This document shows, in pieces, positions 19,568-28,311 of a DNA stretch of 64,000 nt; position 1 is the first letter of the stretch; each line of letters starts with the position of its first letter. The notes under the pieces are model-generated. The model did not search any database. It was not told the origin of the DNA and saw only the letters and a program-made list of their open reading frames with translations. The stretch comes from Bacteroidota bacterium (lineage in GTDB: Bacteria > Bacteroidota > Ignavibacteria > Kapaibacteriales > UBA961): contig SXZI01000063.1 in assembly GCA_005788035.1 (NCBI GenBank), positions 27,220 through 91,219 of the forward strand. Direction: 5' to 3'. Made by a program: the position numbers and the translations under genes.

Positions 19568-22111
19568 ATGGCATTAAAGAACCCCATATTTCGTTTCCTT
19601 GGTGAACATGCACCACCATTGATGATTACATTAGTGATCTGCGGTGTAGCTCTTATCATTTTCTCATTATCTCTTGTAACAAAGACTTCAATTGATAAAG
19701 GCGAACAACTTCATTCAGAATTGGTAAAAGATTCTGTTAAAGTATACAGAAATAAGTTTAGTATACCTCATATTATTGCAAAAAATGAACATGATGCTTT
19801 TATTGCAATGGGATATGTTCATGCGCAAGACAGATTATGGCAAATGGATATAGCTAGACGTGCAGGTAAAGGTAGATTATCTGAAGTGTTCGGTGAAAAA
19901 GCATTAGCATCTGATAAATTTATGCGCATTATGAATCTATCAGAAATAGCTGATAGATTGTATGCATCATCAAGTAAAACCACAAAGCAAATACTGGAAG
20001 CCTATAGCTCAGGTATTAATCTATTCTTAACAGAAAATGCTGACAAATTACCTTTTGAATTTGGAGCATTGAGTTATTCACCAGAACCATGGACTCCCTC
20101 TGATTGCTTGATTATCATGAGATTGATGGCAATTGAAATGAATATGAGTATGTGGACAGAGCTTGCATTTGGCAAAATTGCTGACAAAATTGGTATAGCA
20201 GCAGCTATGTCACTTGTACCTCAACAAACTCCAGGAACTGTCTTTCAATATGACAATGATAGAATTTCCACACAGGAACAAATTGAAACATTATCAAGAT
20301 ATTCTGATGATTATTTGAATGGATTTTCAAATATAGCTACATCCATGCTCTATGAAGGAAGATCTTTTTTGGGTTTTTCCGGAGATGGAATCGGAAGCAA
20401 TGCATGGGTCATGAGAACATCTCCAAAGGGAAAGTCATCATCTGTTATCCTAGCAAATGATCCTCATTTAAAGCTATCTTTACCTGCAAGGTGGTATCAA
20501 GCTCATATAACTTGTCCGGGTTTCAATGCAATAGGAGCGACCATTCCTGGCTTGCCATTAATTGTATCGGGAAGAAATGATCATAGCACATGGGGAATAA
20601 CTAATATGATGAATGATGATTTTGATTATTTCATCGAAAGGGTAGATAAGACAAATTCAAACTTTTACTTCAATGAAGATGGCAATCGTTTAAAATTTAG
20701 ATATAAACGTGATACCATTCATATCAAAAATGCAGAGCCAATTATTTATGATATTCGTTTCACAAAAAGATCCGCTATTATTTCAGACGCACCACCTACA
20801 GGTATGGTGAAAAATGCACATTTCAAAAAAAGTAAATTCGATAATTACTGTCTTTCATATTTGTGGACTGGAACCAATATGTCAGATGAAATACTTGGCG
20901 TTTACAAAGTAATGAAATCAAATACTTGGGCAGAGTGCAGAAAAGGATTTGATTTATGGTGCGCACCAGCACTGAATTTTGTGTATGGTAACTCTCAAGG
21001 TGTTATAGCATCTGCTACTATTGGGATGATGCCTAAAAGACAAGAAAAAAACAATCCTAATTTACCTTCTCCCGGTTGGAAAAAAGGTTATGCTTGGAAT
21101 GGAGTGCATCCATCATCCATACTACCATCACATTCATTTGCCACAAATGATCATTCACGAAGATTTATAGTAACGGCAAATAATCCACTTCAATCAAGAC
21201 CTGCATTTTATCATTCGGCTTTATGGGAGTCTTCATCAAGGGCAGAACGATTAAATCAAGCATTAAATGAATTCGACGAATACGATGTTAGGGATGCACA
21301 GTTTTTACAGATGGATGTATATTCCGCATATGCAAAGCAAATCAAGGACTCCATAATTCCCAGATTGATCGCAAAGAAGAAATATTTATCTCCAAATGCT
21401 AAAAAAGCACTTGAAAAGTTAAAGAATTGGAAATGCTTCATCACAAATCAAGATGTAGAACCCACAATTTATACCTTATTTCTCGAAGAATATCACCGCT
21501 CTGTTTTTGAGGATCAATTAACAAAACCATTTTTGGCATTGTATAATATCATCACCAATGTTCCCACAAGGATATTACTCCATACTCTGCACGATCCTGA
21601 GTCAAAATGGAGTAATTGGATGGATGATGTACGAACCAAAGGTATAAGAGAAAATCGCGCTGAAATTATTTTTAGATCATTTGTACGAGCAATAAAACGT
21701 GGGGACAGCATATTTGGCACTACGGATATTCGTACATGGAAGTATGGAAAATTACATTCATTAACTTTAGAACACGTATTTTCAGCGAACTCTTTGCTTT
21801 CACCAATTGTCACTCATGGTCCTTTTCCTCATGGTGGAAATAATACCACGCTCAATAATGGTTCATGGTCTTTCAATGATCCATTTAAGCAAACACTTGG
21901 AGCCTCTGTTCGCATCATATCAGATATGAGAGACTCAATGGTTTATTGTGTATTACCTGGTGGAGTTTCAGGCGAACCACTGAGTTCACATTATAGTGAT
22001 CAAGTTCAGTTGTGGTTGAATGGAGGATATATAGCTTTATCGTCCACTTCCAACATTCATTCTGATTTTACCTTATTTTCAACGTTACTCCCAAAGCCCA
22101 AAGATGAATGA
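19568..22111 (+). CDS. Penicillin acylase family Ntn-hydrolase (S45), membrane-anchored; possible acyl-homoserine-lactone or beta-lactam acylase.
   Basis: HAQDRLWQMD motif. Predicted N-terminal nucleophile GSNAWV. 847 aa. N-terminal TM helix ITLVICGVALIIFSLSLV. Confidence 0.75.
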   Translation: MALKNPIFRFLGEHAPPLMITLVICGVALIIFSLSLVTKTSIDKGEQLHSELVKDSVKVYRNKFSIPHIIAKNEHDAFIAMGYVHAQDRLWQMDIARRAGKGRLSEVFGEKALASDKFMRIMNLSEIADRLYASSSKTTKQILEAYSSGINLFLTENADKLPFEFGALSYSPEPWTPSDCLIIMRLMAIEMNMSMWTELAFGKIADKIGIAAAMSLVPQQTPGTVFQYDNDRISTQEQIETLSRYSDDYLNGFSNIATSMLYEGRSFLGFSGDGIGSNAWVMRTSPKGKSSSVILANDPHLKLSLPARWYQAHITCPGFNAIGATIPGLPLIVSGRNDHSTWGITNMMNDDFDYFIERVDKTNSNFYFNEDGNRLKFRYKRDTIHIKNAEPIIYDIRFTKRSAIISDAPPTGMVKNAHFKKSKFDNYCLSYLWTGTNMSDEILGVYKVMKSNTWAECRKGFDLWCAPALNFVYGNSQGVIASATIGMMPKRQEKNNPNLPSPGWKKGYAWNGVHPSSILPSHSFATNDHSRRFIVTANNPLQSRPAFYHSALWESSSRAERLNQALNEFDEYDVRDAQFLQMDVYSAYAKQIKDSIIPRLIAKKKYLSPNAKKALEKLKNWKCFITNQDVEPTIYTLFLEEYHRSVFEDQLTKPFLALYNIITNVPTRILLHTLHDPESKWSNWMDDVRTKGIRENRAEIIFRSFVRAIKRGDSIFGTTDIRTWKYGKLHSLTLEHVFSANSLLSPIVTHGPFPHGGNNTTLNNGSWSFNDPFKQTLGASVRIISDMRDSMVYCVLPGGVSGEPLSSHYSDQVQLWLNGGYIALSSTSNIHSDFTLFSTLLPKPKDE

Positions 22112-22850
22112 GTTTGTCGTTGATACGAAGAAATATCCAAAACCCAGAAGTAGGCATCATAATGCAGCAAATGTCTATTTTCCATTGCAACAATTAGAGA
22201 AGATACCAAAGTATTATCCGCCTATCATTACTACAATAAATTGGAATGATGTGTTTTCCAATGGCTTACCTCCTAATATATTGGATATTGGTTGCGGATG
22301 GGGAGCATTTCTTTTCAATTTTGCTAAATCTCATCCTGAATCAAATATTCTGGGAATTGAGATACGAAAGATCTTAACTGACTGGATATATGAAGTCACC
22401 CAAGGAGAACATATACATAATGCACATGCTTTATGGTATTCACTCCCAAATGGATTACCATTTTTGGAAAATTCGTCCATTGATACATTTTTTTCATTTT
22501 TCCCTGATCCGTGGGTCAAGAAAAAGCATCACAAAAGAAGGGCTTTTTCGCAAGAACTGGTACATGAGATTATTCGATTGGCTAGGCATAATTCTAAGTT
22601 ATACATCATGACCGATGTTCCGGAAGTCGCCGAATATCAAATTGCCTTATTGAAAACATTCCCTATGATTAAGAATACATACACTGAATTCATAGGAGAA
22701 ATAGATGCAGAATGGAATGTAGTACTAAAAGACCTTCGTGCCGATATTTCAGGTTCATCATGGGACCTTCCTTCCACAGATCAAGAAATATTTTCTCAGA
22801 AAAAGAATATTTCCTATATACGATTGACTTTTTCGATCCATAGCACATGA
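22104..22850 (+). CDS. trmB: tRNA (guanine46-N7)-methyltransferase.
   Basis: SAM motif ILDIGCGWGAF and the FPDPW motif. Confidence 0.8.
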   Translation: MNEFVVDTKKYPKPRSRHHNAANVYFPLQQLEKIPKYYPPIITTINWNDVFSNGLPPNILDIGCGWGAFLFNFAKSHPESNILGIEIRKILTDWIYEVTQGEHIHNAHALWYSLPNGLPFLENSSIDTFFSFFPDPWVKKKHHKRRAFSQELVHEIIRLARHNSKLYIMTDVPEVAEYQIALLKTFPMIKNTYTEFIGEIDAEWNVVLKDLRADISGSSWDLPSTDQEIFSQKKNISYIRLTFSIHST

Positions 22851-23473
22851 TGACCTCAGTGAATATTCTTGATTTCTTTGAGCATCAGCCTCTTACATCA
22901 TCGCTCATATTGTTTGCATATCAAACAGGTTGGTTTCCAATGGCTGATGATGAGGATGGTGATATATACTGGCATTCACCAGAGAGAAGAGCTATTATAC
23001 CACTTGAAAAAACCTATTTAAGAAACTCACTTACTAAATCATTTGCTAAGTCAGAATGTTCATTTACGATCAATTCCAATTTTCAACATGTCATTGAACA
23101 ATGTTCGAATAGAACCACAACATGGATCAACTCAGACATTATTTCTGTGTACTGTGAACTTCATCAAAGAGGTTTTGCACATTCTGTTGAAGTATGGAAG
23201 AATAATGAGATTGTAGGAGGTCTATATGGTGTTTCCATTGGAGCTGCTTTTTTTGGGGAATCCATGTTCAGTCATATAAGTAATGCATCTAAACATGCAT
23301 TTGTGTATTTGTATACCCATCTTCTATCAAAGAACTTTTTACTCCTTGATTCACAGTATATCAATGATCATACACAATCACTTGGTGCTATTACAGTTTC
23401 ACGAAAGGAATATTTAGAAATGCTTTCAAATGCAGTACACAGAAGTGATATTAATTTTATGCAAGAGTTATGA
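22847..23473 (+). CDS. aat: Leucyl/phenylalanyl-tRNA--protein transferase.
   Basis: GWFPMADDEDGDIYWHSPERRAIIPLE, typical L/F-transferase N-terminus. 208 aa. Confidence 0.75.
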   Translation: MMTSVNILDFFEHQPLTSSLILFAYQTGWFPMADDEDGDIYWHSPERRAIIPLEKTYLRNSLTKSFAKSECSFTINSNFQHVIEQCSNRTTTWINSDIISVYCELHQRGFAHSVEVWKNNEIVGGLYGVSIGAAFFGESMFSHISNASKHAFVYLYTHLLSKNFLLLDSQYINDHTQSLGAITVSRKEYLEMLSNAVHRSDINFMQEL

Positions 23474-23949
23474 GAACAATAACTATCGAAAGTAATGGTA
23501 GACTCGAACGTACAGCAATCTATGTGAATGGCGAGCAAGTCACTGGTGTTAGAGAACTCCTCATATCTATTGATGAAGAAGGTACTTTTCATTCCATCAT
23601 TTCATTCATTAGTGGATCTGGCATACAAGTAACCAAACAATTATTTACAGATGACATTTCGCAATTACAAAGAAAAGAAGCTGCTTTCACTTCTGAAGAA
23701 TCTTTCCAATTACAATCATTTAGCATTGAAAGTGATGGTGACTTAGAACAAACATCACTTTTTATGAATGATGATTTTGTTGAAGGTGTAGTTTCAATAA
23801 TTATTCATATCAGAATTGAAACTTCACAACCAACTAAATCGTTATTTTCTTGGTTTACAAAACATCGTAATGTACATGAGAATGTCTTTCAGACTGAAAT
23901 AGTCTTTAGGAATCCCAATGGTACCCAATCAGTTGAAACTATTTTTTGA
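23470..23949 (+). CDS. Hypothetical protein with an internal tandem duplication of a roughly 55-aa module.
   Basis: ITIESNGRLERTAIYVNGEQVTGVRELLISI aligns with FSIESDGDLEQTSLFMNDDFVEGVVSIIIHI. The ATG overlaps the aat stop (ATGA). Confidence 0.5.
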   Translation: MRTITIESNGRLERTAIYVNGEQVTGVRELLISIDEEGTFHSIISFISGSGIQVTKQLFTDDISQLQRKEAAFTSEESFQLQSFSIESDGDLEQTSLFMNDDFVEGVVSIIIHIRIETSQPTKSLFSWFTKHRNVHENVFQTEIVFRNPNGTQSVETIF

Positions 23950-23957
23950 GGAAAAGT

Positions 23958-24572
23958 ATGTCCGCATTTATAAAACATATATATGCATTGCTCTTTATGT
24001 GCATGCTTTCTTTCATAGTGTTACCAATTACAGTTGATGCTAGATCTGGTTTTGGTAGGGGAGGAGGAAGATCATTTGGATCTCGATCATTTGGTGGAAA
24101 TCGTTCTTTTGGTTCTTCCAATAGAAATTCATTTGGTTCCTCACGAAGTTTTTCTAGTGGCAGAGGCTTCCGTTCAAGTTCTACCGGTAGATTTGCAAAT
24201 GGACAGCAATATAGAATGCGATATGGTATTCCACGTAAATCCTCTTCAATGAAAATCAATCAAAATGGTTCAAATAGAAATTATACGATGCATTCTTATG
24301 GAGGATTGGGTGATGGTTTTATGACCGGTTATCTACTTGGTTCTATTCCATGGTATTGGCATATGCCTTTTCATCCAGCATTCTATTATTCTCGCCCTGT
24401 AATTGTTGATGGTGCTAATGGTTCAAAAGAAGTCTATCCCGGAACATTCTCATTTGGATCGATAATCATGGCAATTATACTTATAAGCGGAGTTGGTTTT
24501 GTAATATATGCTCTGTTTTTTAGAAGAAGAAGTCAAATCCGTGAATATGGTGATTATTCATCATTTGGTTAA
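23958..24572 (+). CDS. Membrane-anchored low-complexity protein rich in RGG / RSFG repeats.
   Basis: GAGGA Shine-Dalgarno (ribosome-binding) sequence then ATG at 23958. N-terminal signal/anchor (ALLFMCMLSFIVLPITVDA), about 60 aa of GFGRGGGRSFGSRSFGGNRSFGSS... and a C-terminal TM helix (IIMAIILISGVGFVIYALFF). Confidence 0.5.
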   Translation: MSAFIKHIYALLFMCMLSFIVLPITVDARSGFGRGGGRSFGSRSFGGNRSFGSSNRNSFGSSRSFSSGRGFRSSSTGRFANGQQYRMRYGIPRKSSSMKINQNGSNRNYTMHSYGGLGDGFMTGYLLGSIPWYWHMPFHPAFYYSRPVIVDGANGSKEVYPGTFSFGSIIMAIILISGVGFVIYALFFRRRSQIREYGDYSSFG

Positions 24573-25877
24573 TTATTGTTGTATAGTCATAAATATATTC
24601 ACCGCCCTAGAACGTTGTCTTTTGCTGTCCGATGATTCAGTACGATCCAATAGTCGAACACCTTCGCCAAGTATATCATAGGATTTCAAACCACATTCTA
24701 TTAGAAAATCAGCTACTGAATTAGCTCTTTTTAGCGACAATGCTTTATTGTAATTGCTTGATCCTCGATCGTCTGCGTAACCTCTGATGATCACATGTTT
24801 ATTTTTATCTCTCACACCGCGACACAACTCTCTTAATTGTTCACTATGTCTTGGTAGAAGTTTCCATTCATTTGTTTCAAAATACAACTCCATTGATGTG
24901 TCTGAATGATTTGTTAAAGTGGGTTGAGCCAAAGATATCTCTTCTTTTTGTTCCTGAGGCCTGATTTCTGGTTGAAGACAAACAAAATATATTCCTTCTT
25001 GATCATTATCTGCATCTGTTGAAATAATACATGCTGTGTCACCACGGGAAGTAAGTGTGATGGAACGCTCATTTCCTGCAGTATTGATATAAGGACCAAG
25101 ATTAACGGGCTTGGACCATTGAGTCCAAGTGTCATCTAGACGTCTAGTCATGAACAAATCCGAACCGCCATAGCCTCCAAATCCATTTGAATAAAAATAG
25201 AGTGTCTTATTATCTTGAGCTAGAAATGGCGACCCCTCCCTTGAATTTGTATTGATTGAATTTCCCATCCAAATTGGTTTTGACCAAATATTCTGATTAT
25301 TCTTCAAAGAAACATATAAATCAAGATCTCCTAATGATCCTTGGTGACTCATGGCTAATATCAATACATTCTGATCTGCATTCATAGTTGCAAAATACTG
25401 TGCTGAATTCATTGTGAAATCACTTATCGTGAATTGTTTACCAATAGACCAAGAATTTCCAAATAGTTGTGCCATGTGAAATGTTAGATTTCCATCATAT
25501 GACACTGATGCTACAAATGCTGAATTACCATCAGCAGTAATAGAAAATAAAGCATTGGAATTCGGAGTGTTAATCGTAGGGCCTGCATTGATGGGTGCTG
25601 TCCAGAATTTACTATTTACTCTGTCTGAATACCATATATCGTCAGGATCATTGACCCCTCCAATATTATTGGGATGTTCTTTTCTTACAAAATACAAACG
25701 TGATCCTGATGGATGCAAAACAGGAAGTAAAGTCCTTGAATAGCTATTTACAATATCAGGAAGTCTTTCTTTGCAGTAAAAGGTTTGTTGTGCCTGAACA
25801 GATACTGCAAGAAAGAAGAGTATGAAAAGTAAAGATGAAAAGATCAATTGTTGAATTGTGCTTTTATTGAACTCCAT
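24573..25877 (-). CDS. OmpA-family protein with TolB-like (PD40) beta-propeller repeats.
   Basis: Signal peptide. PD40-like repeats. C-terminal OmpA domain IIRGYADDRGSSNYNKALSLKRANSV. Confidence 0.7.
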   Translation of the reverse strand: MEFNKSTIQQLIFSSLLFILFFLAVSVQAQQTFYCKERLPDIVNSYSRTLLPVLHPSGSRLYFVRKEHPNNIGGVNDPDDIWYSDRVNSKFWTAPINAGPTINTPNSNALFSITADGNSAFVASVSYDGNLTFHMAQLFGNSWSIGKQFTISDFTMNSAQYFATMNADQNVLILAMSHQGSLGDLDLYVSLKNNQNIWSKPIWMGNSINTNSREGSPFLAQDNKTLYFYSNGFGGYGGSDLFMTRRLDDTWTQWSKPVNLGPYINTAGNERSITLTSRGDTACIISTDADNDQEGIYFVCLQPEIRPQEQKEEISLAQPTLTNHSDTSMELYFETNEWKLLPRHSEQLRELCRGVRDKNKHVIIRGYADDRGSSNYNKALSLKRANSVADFLIECGLKSYDILGEGVRLLDRTESSDSKRQRSRAVNIFMTIQQ

Positions 25878-26485
25878 GTTGCACCGATAGAATCTTTGAT
25901 AAGTAAATAATCAGACCATCTTTGTATTGACCAGAGTCCATTTTTTTGCCTTTTCATAACAAATCGTAATCCACCGGAAGAAACATTCTGTATAGACGCA
26001 ACATTATGTGGAAGAGTCAAAACATAATCCGATTGTACGATAACTGAATCCGGAGTAATGCCATCAAATACCGTATTCATAAACTTTAATTCGGTATTAG
26101 CATCTTTTGGGATCTTGGACAGGACATTTTGAAAATAAGCTCTTTCTTGATTTATTGACCATTGTTGAAACAATCCTGAGTATCTGGTCAATACTTCAAT
26201 GCTAGGTTCAAATACAAAGAGTTGAGCATTTTGTTCTAGTGTATCTGATAAACAACGAATATACCCGGTTGGATCTTTATACTGAATTGATTTTTTTAGA
26301 TTTATCAATACAGTTTGATAATCGAAAGCTGGATCATACTGCACAGTATTTCCAGGTGATTCCGGTGTTCTTGTATCGAGCAAAGAACATGAAACGCAAT
26401 TCATAATGATCAAACTGAATATACTAGAAACAAGTACATTACATAGTAATTCTTGATTCCAGGGCTTTCGATAATGTTGCTTCAT
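25844..26485 (-). CDS. Hypothetical exported protein or lipoprotein.
   Basis: N-terminal basic region plus hydrophobic stretch VLVSSIFSLIIMNCVSC. An alternative start at Met28 (26404) would remove the 47-nt overlap with recR. Confidence 0.4.
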   Translation of the reverse strand: MKQHYRKPWNQELLCNVLVSSIFSLIIMNCVSCSLLDTRTPESPGNTVQYDPAFDYQTVLINLKKSIQYKDPTGYIRCLSDTLEQNAQLFVFEPSIEVLTRYSGLFQQWSINQERAYFQNVLSKIPKDANTELKFMNTVFDGITPDSVIVQSDYVLTLPHNVASIQNVSSGGLRFVMKRQKNGLWSIQRWSDYLLIKDSIGATWSSIKAQFNN

Positions 26486-27035
26486 CTGTATACTCCAATT
26501 CGCTACCTATTGGTATACCTCTTGCAGGCCTGCTTACAACAATATCAAGCGGTTTGATCATTCGAGCAAGATATTGCATGGTGACCTCTCCTTCTACTGT
26601 TGGATTTAATGCAAGTATTACCTCTTTTACATCAGTATTTAAACGGGAAATCAATTCTCTAATCTTAAGGTCATCAGGACTAATTCCTTCCAAAGGATTG
26701 ATATTACCGTGTAATACATGGAATAACCCCTTAAATTCACTCATTCTTTCAATAATTAGTACATCTGTCGGTTGTTCAACGACGCAAATGAGAGATCGGT
26801 CTCTTTTGGATGATGAACAGATCGGACATGGATCTTGTTCTGTATATGTAAAACAAATTGAACAAGATTTCACGGTTTCCTTCATATGAATGAGGGAAGC
26901 GCTAAAGGAACGAATATATTCTTCAGATTGTCTTAAGAGGAAGAAAGCCAATCTTTGAGCAGTTTTTCTTCCAATGGATGGAAGGGACGCAAAGTGCTCA
27001 ACTACTGCTTCTATGGCTTCAGACTGAAGACTCAT
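26439..27035 (-). CDS. recR: Recombination protein RecR.
   Basis: Helix-hairpin-helix (HhH) N-terminus LPSIGRKTAQRLAFFLL. C4 zinc finger CSICFTYTEQDPCPIC. Toprim domain. Start moved to MSLQSEAIE (ATG at 27035). Confidence 0.85.
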   Translation of the reverse strand: MSLQSEAIEAVVEHFASLPSIGRKTAQRLAFFLLRQSEEYIRSFSASLIHMKETVKSCSICFTYTEQDPCPICSSSKRDRSLICVVEQPTDVLIIERMSEFKGLFHVLHGNINPLEGISPDDLKIRELISRLNTDVKEVILALNPTVEGEVTMQYLARMIKPLDIVVSRPARGIPIGSELEYTDEATLSKALESRITM

Positions 27036-27123
27036 GGTGGTATTCTCTTGATTAATGACTTGCAAATTTACTAAGTTATCCCTCCATACGTAAATGTCAG
27101 CCAAAAAACCAATAATAATCCGT

Positions 27124-27131
27124 TATTTTTG
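27124..27131 (+). promoter_or_regulatory. Bacteroidota-type -7 promoter element TAnnTTTG upstream of pspA (within CGTTATTTTTGC).
   Basis: TATTTTTG lies about 30 nt upstream of the pspA ATG. The same CGTATTTTTGC motif recurs upstream of the pfkB-family gene (41197-41204) and the metalloprotease gene (62507-62514). Confidence 0.3.
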
Positions 27132-27162
27132 CAGTATACATAATTGAGAATATGGAGTGTTT

Positions 27163-27867
27163 ATGAGTTTATTTTCTAGAATAGCCGATGTATTCAAAGC
27201 CAATGTCAATGATGCCTTAGACAAAGCAGAAGATCCCGAAAAAATGCTGAAGCAAATGGTCTTGGAGATGGAAGAATCTGTGAATAAGGCAACGTTAGCT
27301 GTTGCGAATTCCATGGCACATGAAAAATCACTTCTCAGAAAGATTGAAAAGGCAAAAAGTGAATCTGCTGAATGGCTTTTCAAAGCTCAACAAGCAGTTA
27401 CTGCCGGTAGGGAAGATTTGGCTCGTGCCGCTTTGGAAAAGAAAGCTGTTCATGAAAAAAACATCATTGATTTAGAACCACTTTATATTACTGCTAAATC
27501 TACCTCTGAAAAATTAAGAACTCAATTGGATGCATTAAAGGCAAAATTAGATGAAGCTCGTGGAAGGCAAGGAACTCTTATAGCACGTTCACAAGCAGCA
27601 AAGGCCCAAAAACAAATAGCGCAAACTTTCAGTGGTGTAGGATCTGATGCATTTTCAAAATTTGACAAATTCGAAGCTAAAATAGAAACGCTGGAATCAG
27701 AAGCAGAGGCTTTCGAACAGTTGGGTGGATCTTCCACATCTTTAGATGATGAGTTTAAAAAACTATCCTCATCTTCACAGGTCGAACAACAATTATTGGA
27801 ACTCAAAGCATCTATGGGAAAATTACCCTCAGGTAGCAAAGATGCACTTCCACCACATCAACAATAA
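27163..27867 (+). CDS. pspA: PspA/IM30 (phage shock protein A / Vipp1) family protein.
   Basis: MSLFSRIADVFKANVNDALDKAEDPEKMLKQ is a canonical PspA N-terminus. Coiled-coil throughout. GGAG Shine-Dalgarno sequence 5 nt upstream. Confidence 0.8.
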   Translation: MSLFSRIADVFKANVNDALDKAEDPEKMLKQMVLEMEESVNKATLAVANSMAHEKSLLRKIEKAKSESAEWLFKAQQAVTAGREDLARAALEKKAVHEKNIIDLEPLYITAKSTSEKLRTQLDALKAKLDEARGRQGTLIARSQAAKAQKQIAQTFSGVGSDAFSKFDKFEAKIETLESEAEAFEQLGGSSTSLDDEFKKLSSSSQVEQQLLELKASMGKLPSGSKDALPPHQQ

Positions 27868-27876
27868 GGTATAAAG

Positions 27877-28308
27877 ATGCATACTCCCCAACATTTCATT
27901 GATATTACAAAACAAAAAGTAGAACAAGTTCTCAATGCACATTACCCTGACCATATTAATTTTGGCGAAGGTTCTTATTCAATTGATGCCGGTTCTTCTA
28001 GACTCATGATAATTGTCAGACCATTCACAGATTCAGATACCTGCATTGAATGTATGGCTACACTAGTGTCTGGAGCCCAAATCAATGAAGAATTGTTACG
28101 ATTTCTCATGAGAAAAAATGCAGAACTACATTTTGGCGCTTTTTCATTGTTGTTTGATGACACTATTTGTTTCGCTCACTCAATTGCTGGCATTAATGCT
28201 GATGAGAATGAAATCATAACGAGCATTCAATCTGTTGCAGTGATTGCAGATCATTATGATGATGAGATTATTTCAATCGCTGGTGGTAAAAGATGTAGCG
28301 ATGAATAA
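27877..28308 (+). CDS. YbjN-domain-like protein (putative sensory-transduction/chaperone-like).
   Basis: 143 aa acidic protein immediately after pspA. The YbjN assignment is by overall pattern only. Confidence 0.35.
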   Translation: MHTPQHFIDITKQKVEQVLNAHYPDHINFGEGSYSIDAGSSRLMIIVRPFTDSDTCIECMATLVSGAQINEELLRFLMRKNAELHFGAFSLLFDDTICFAHSIAGINADENEIITSIQSVAVIADHYDDEIISIAGGKRCSDE

Positions 28309-28311
28309 GTA

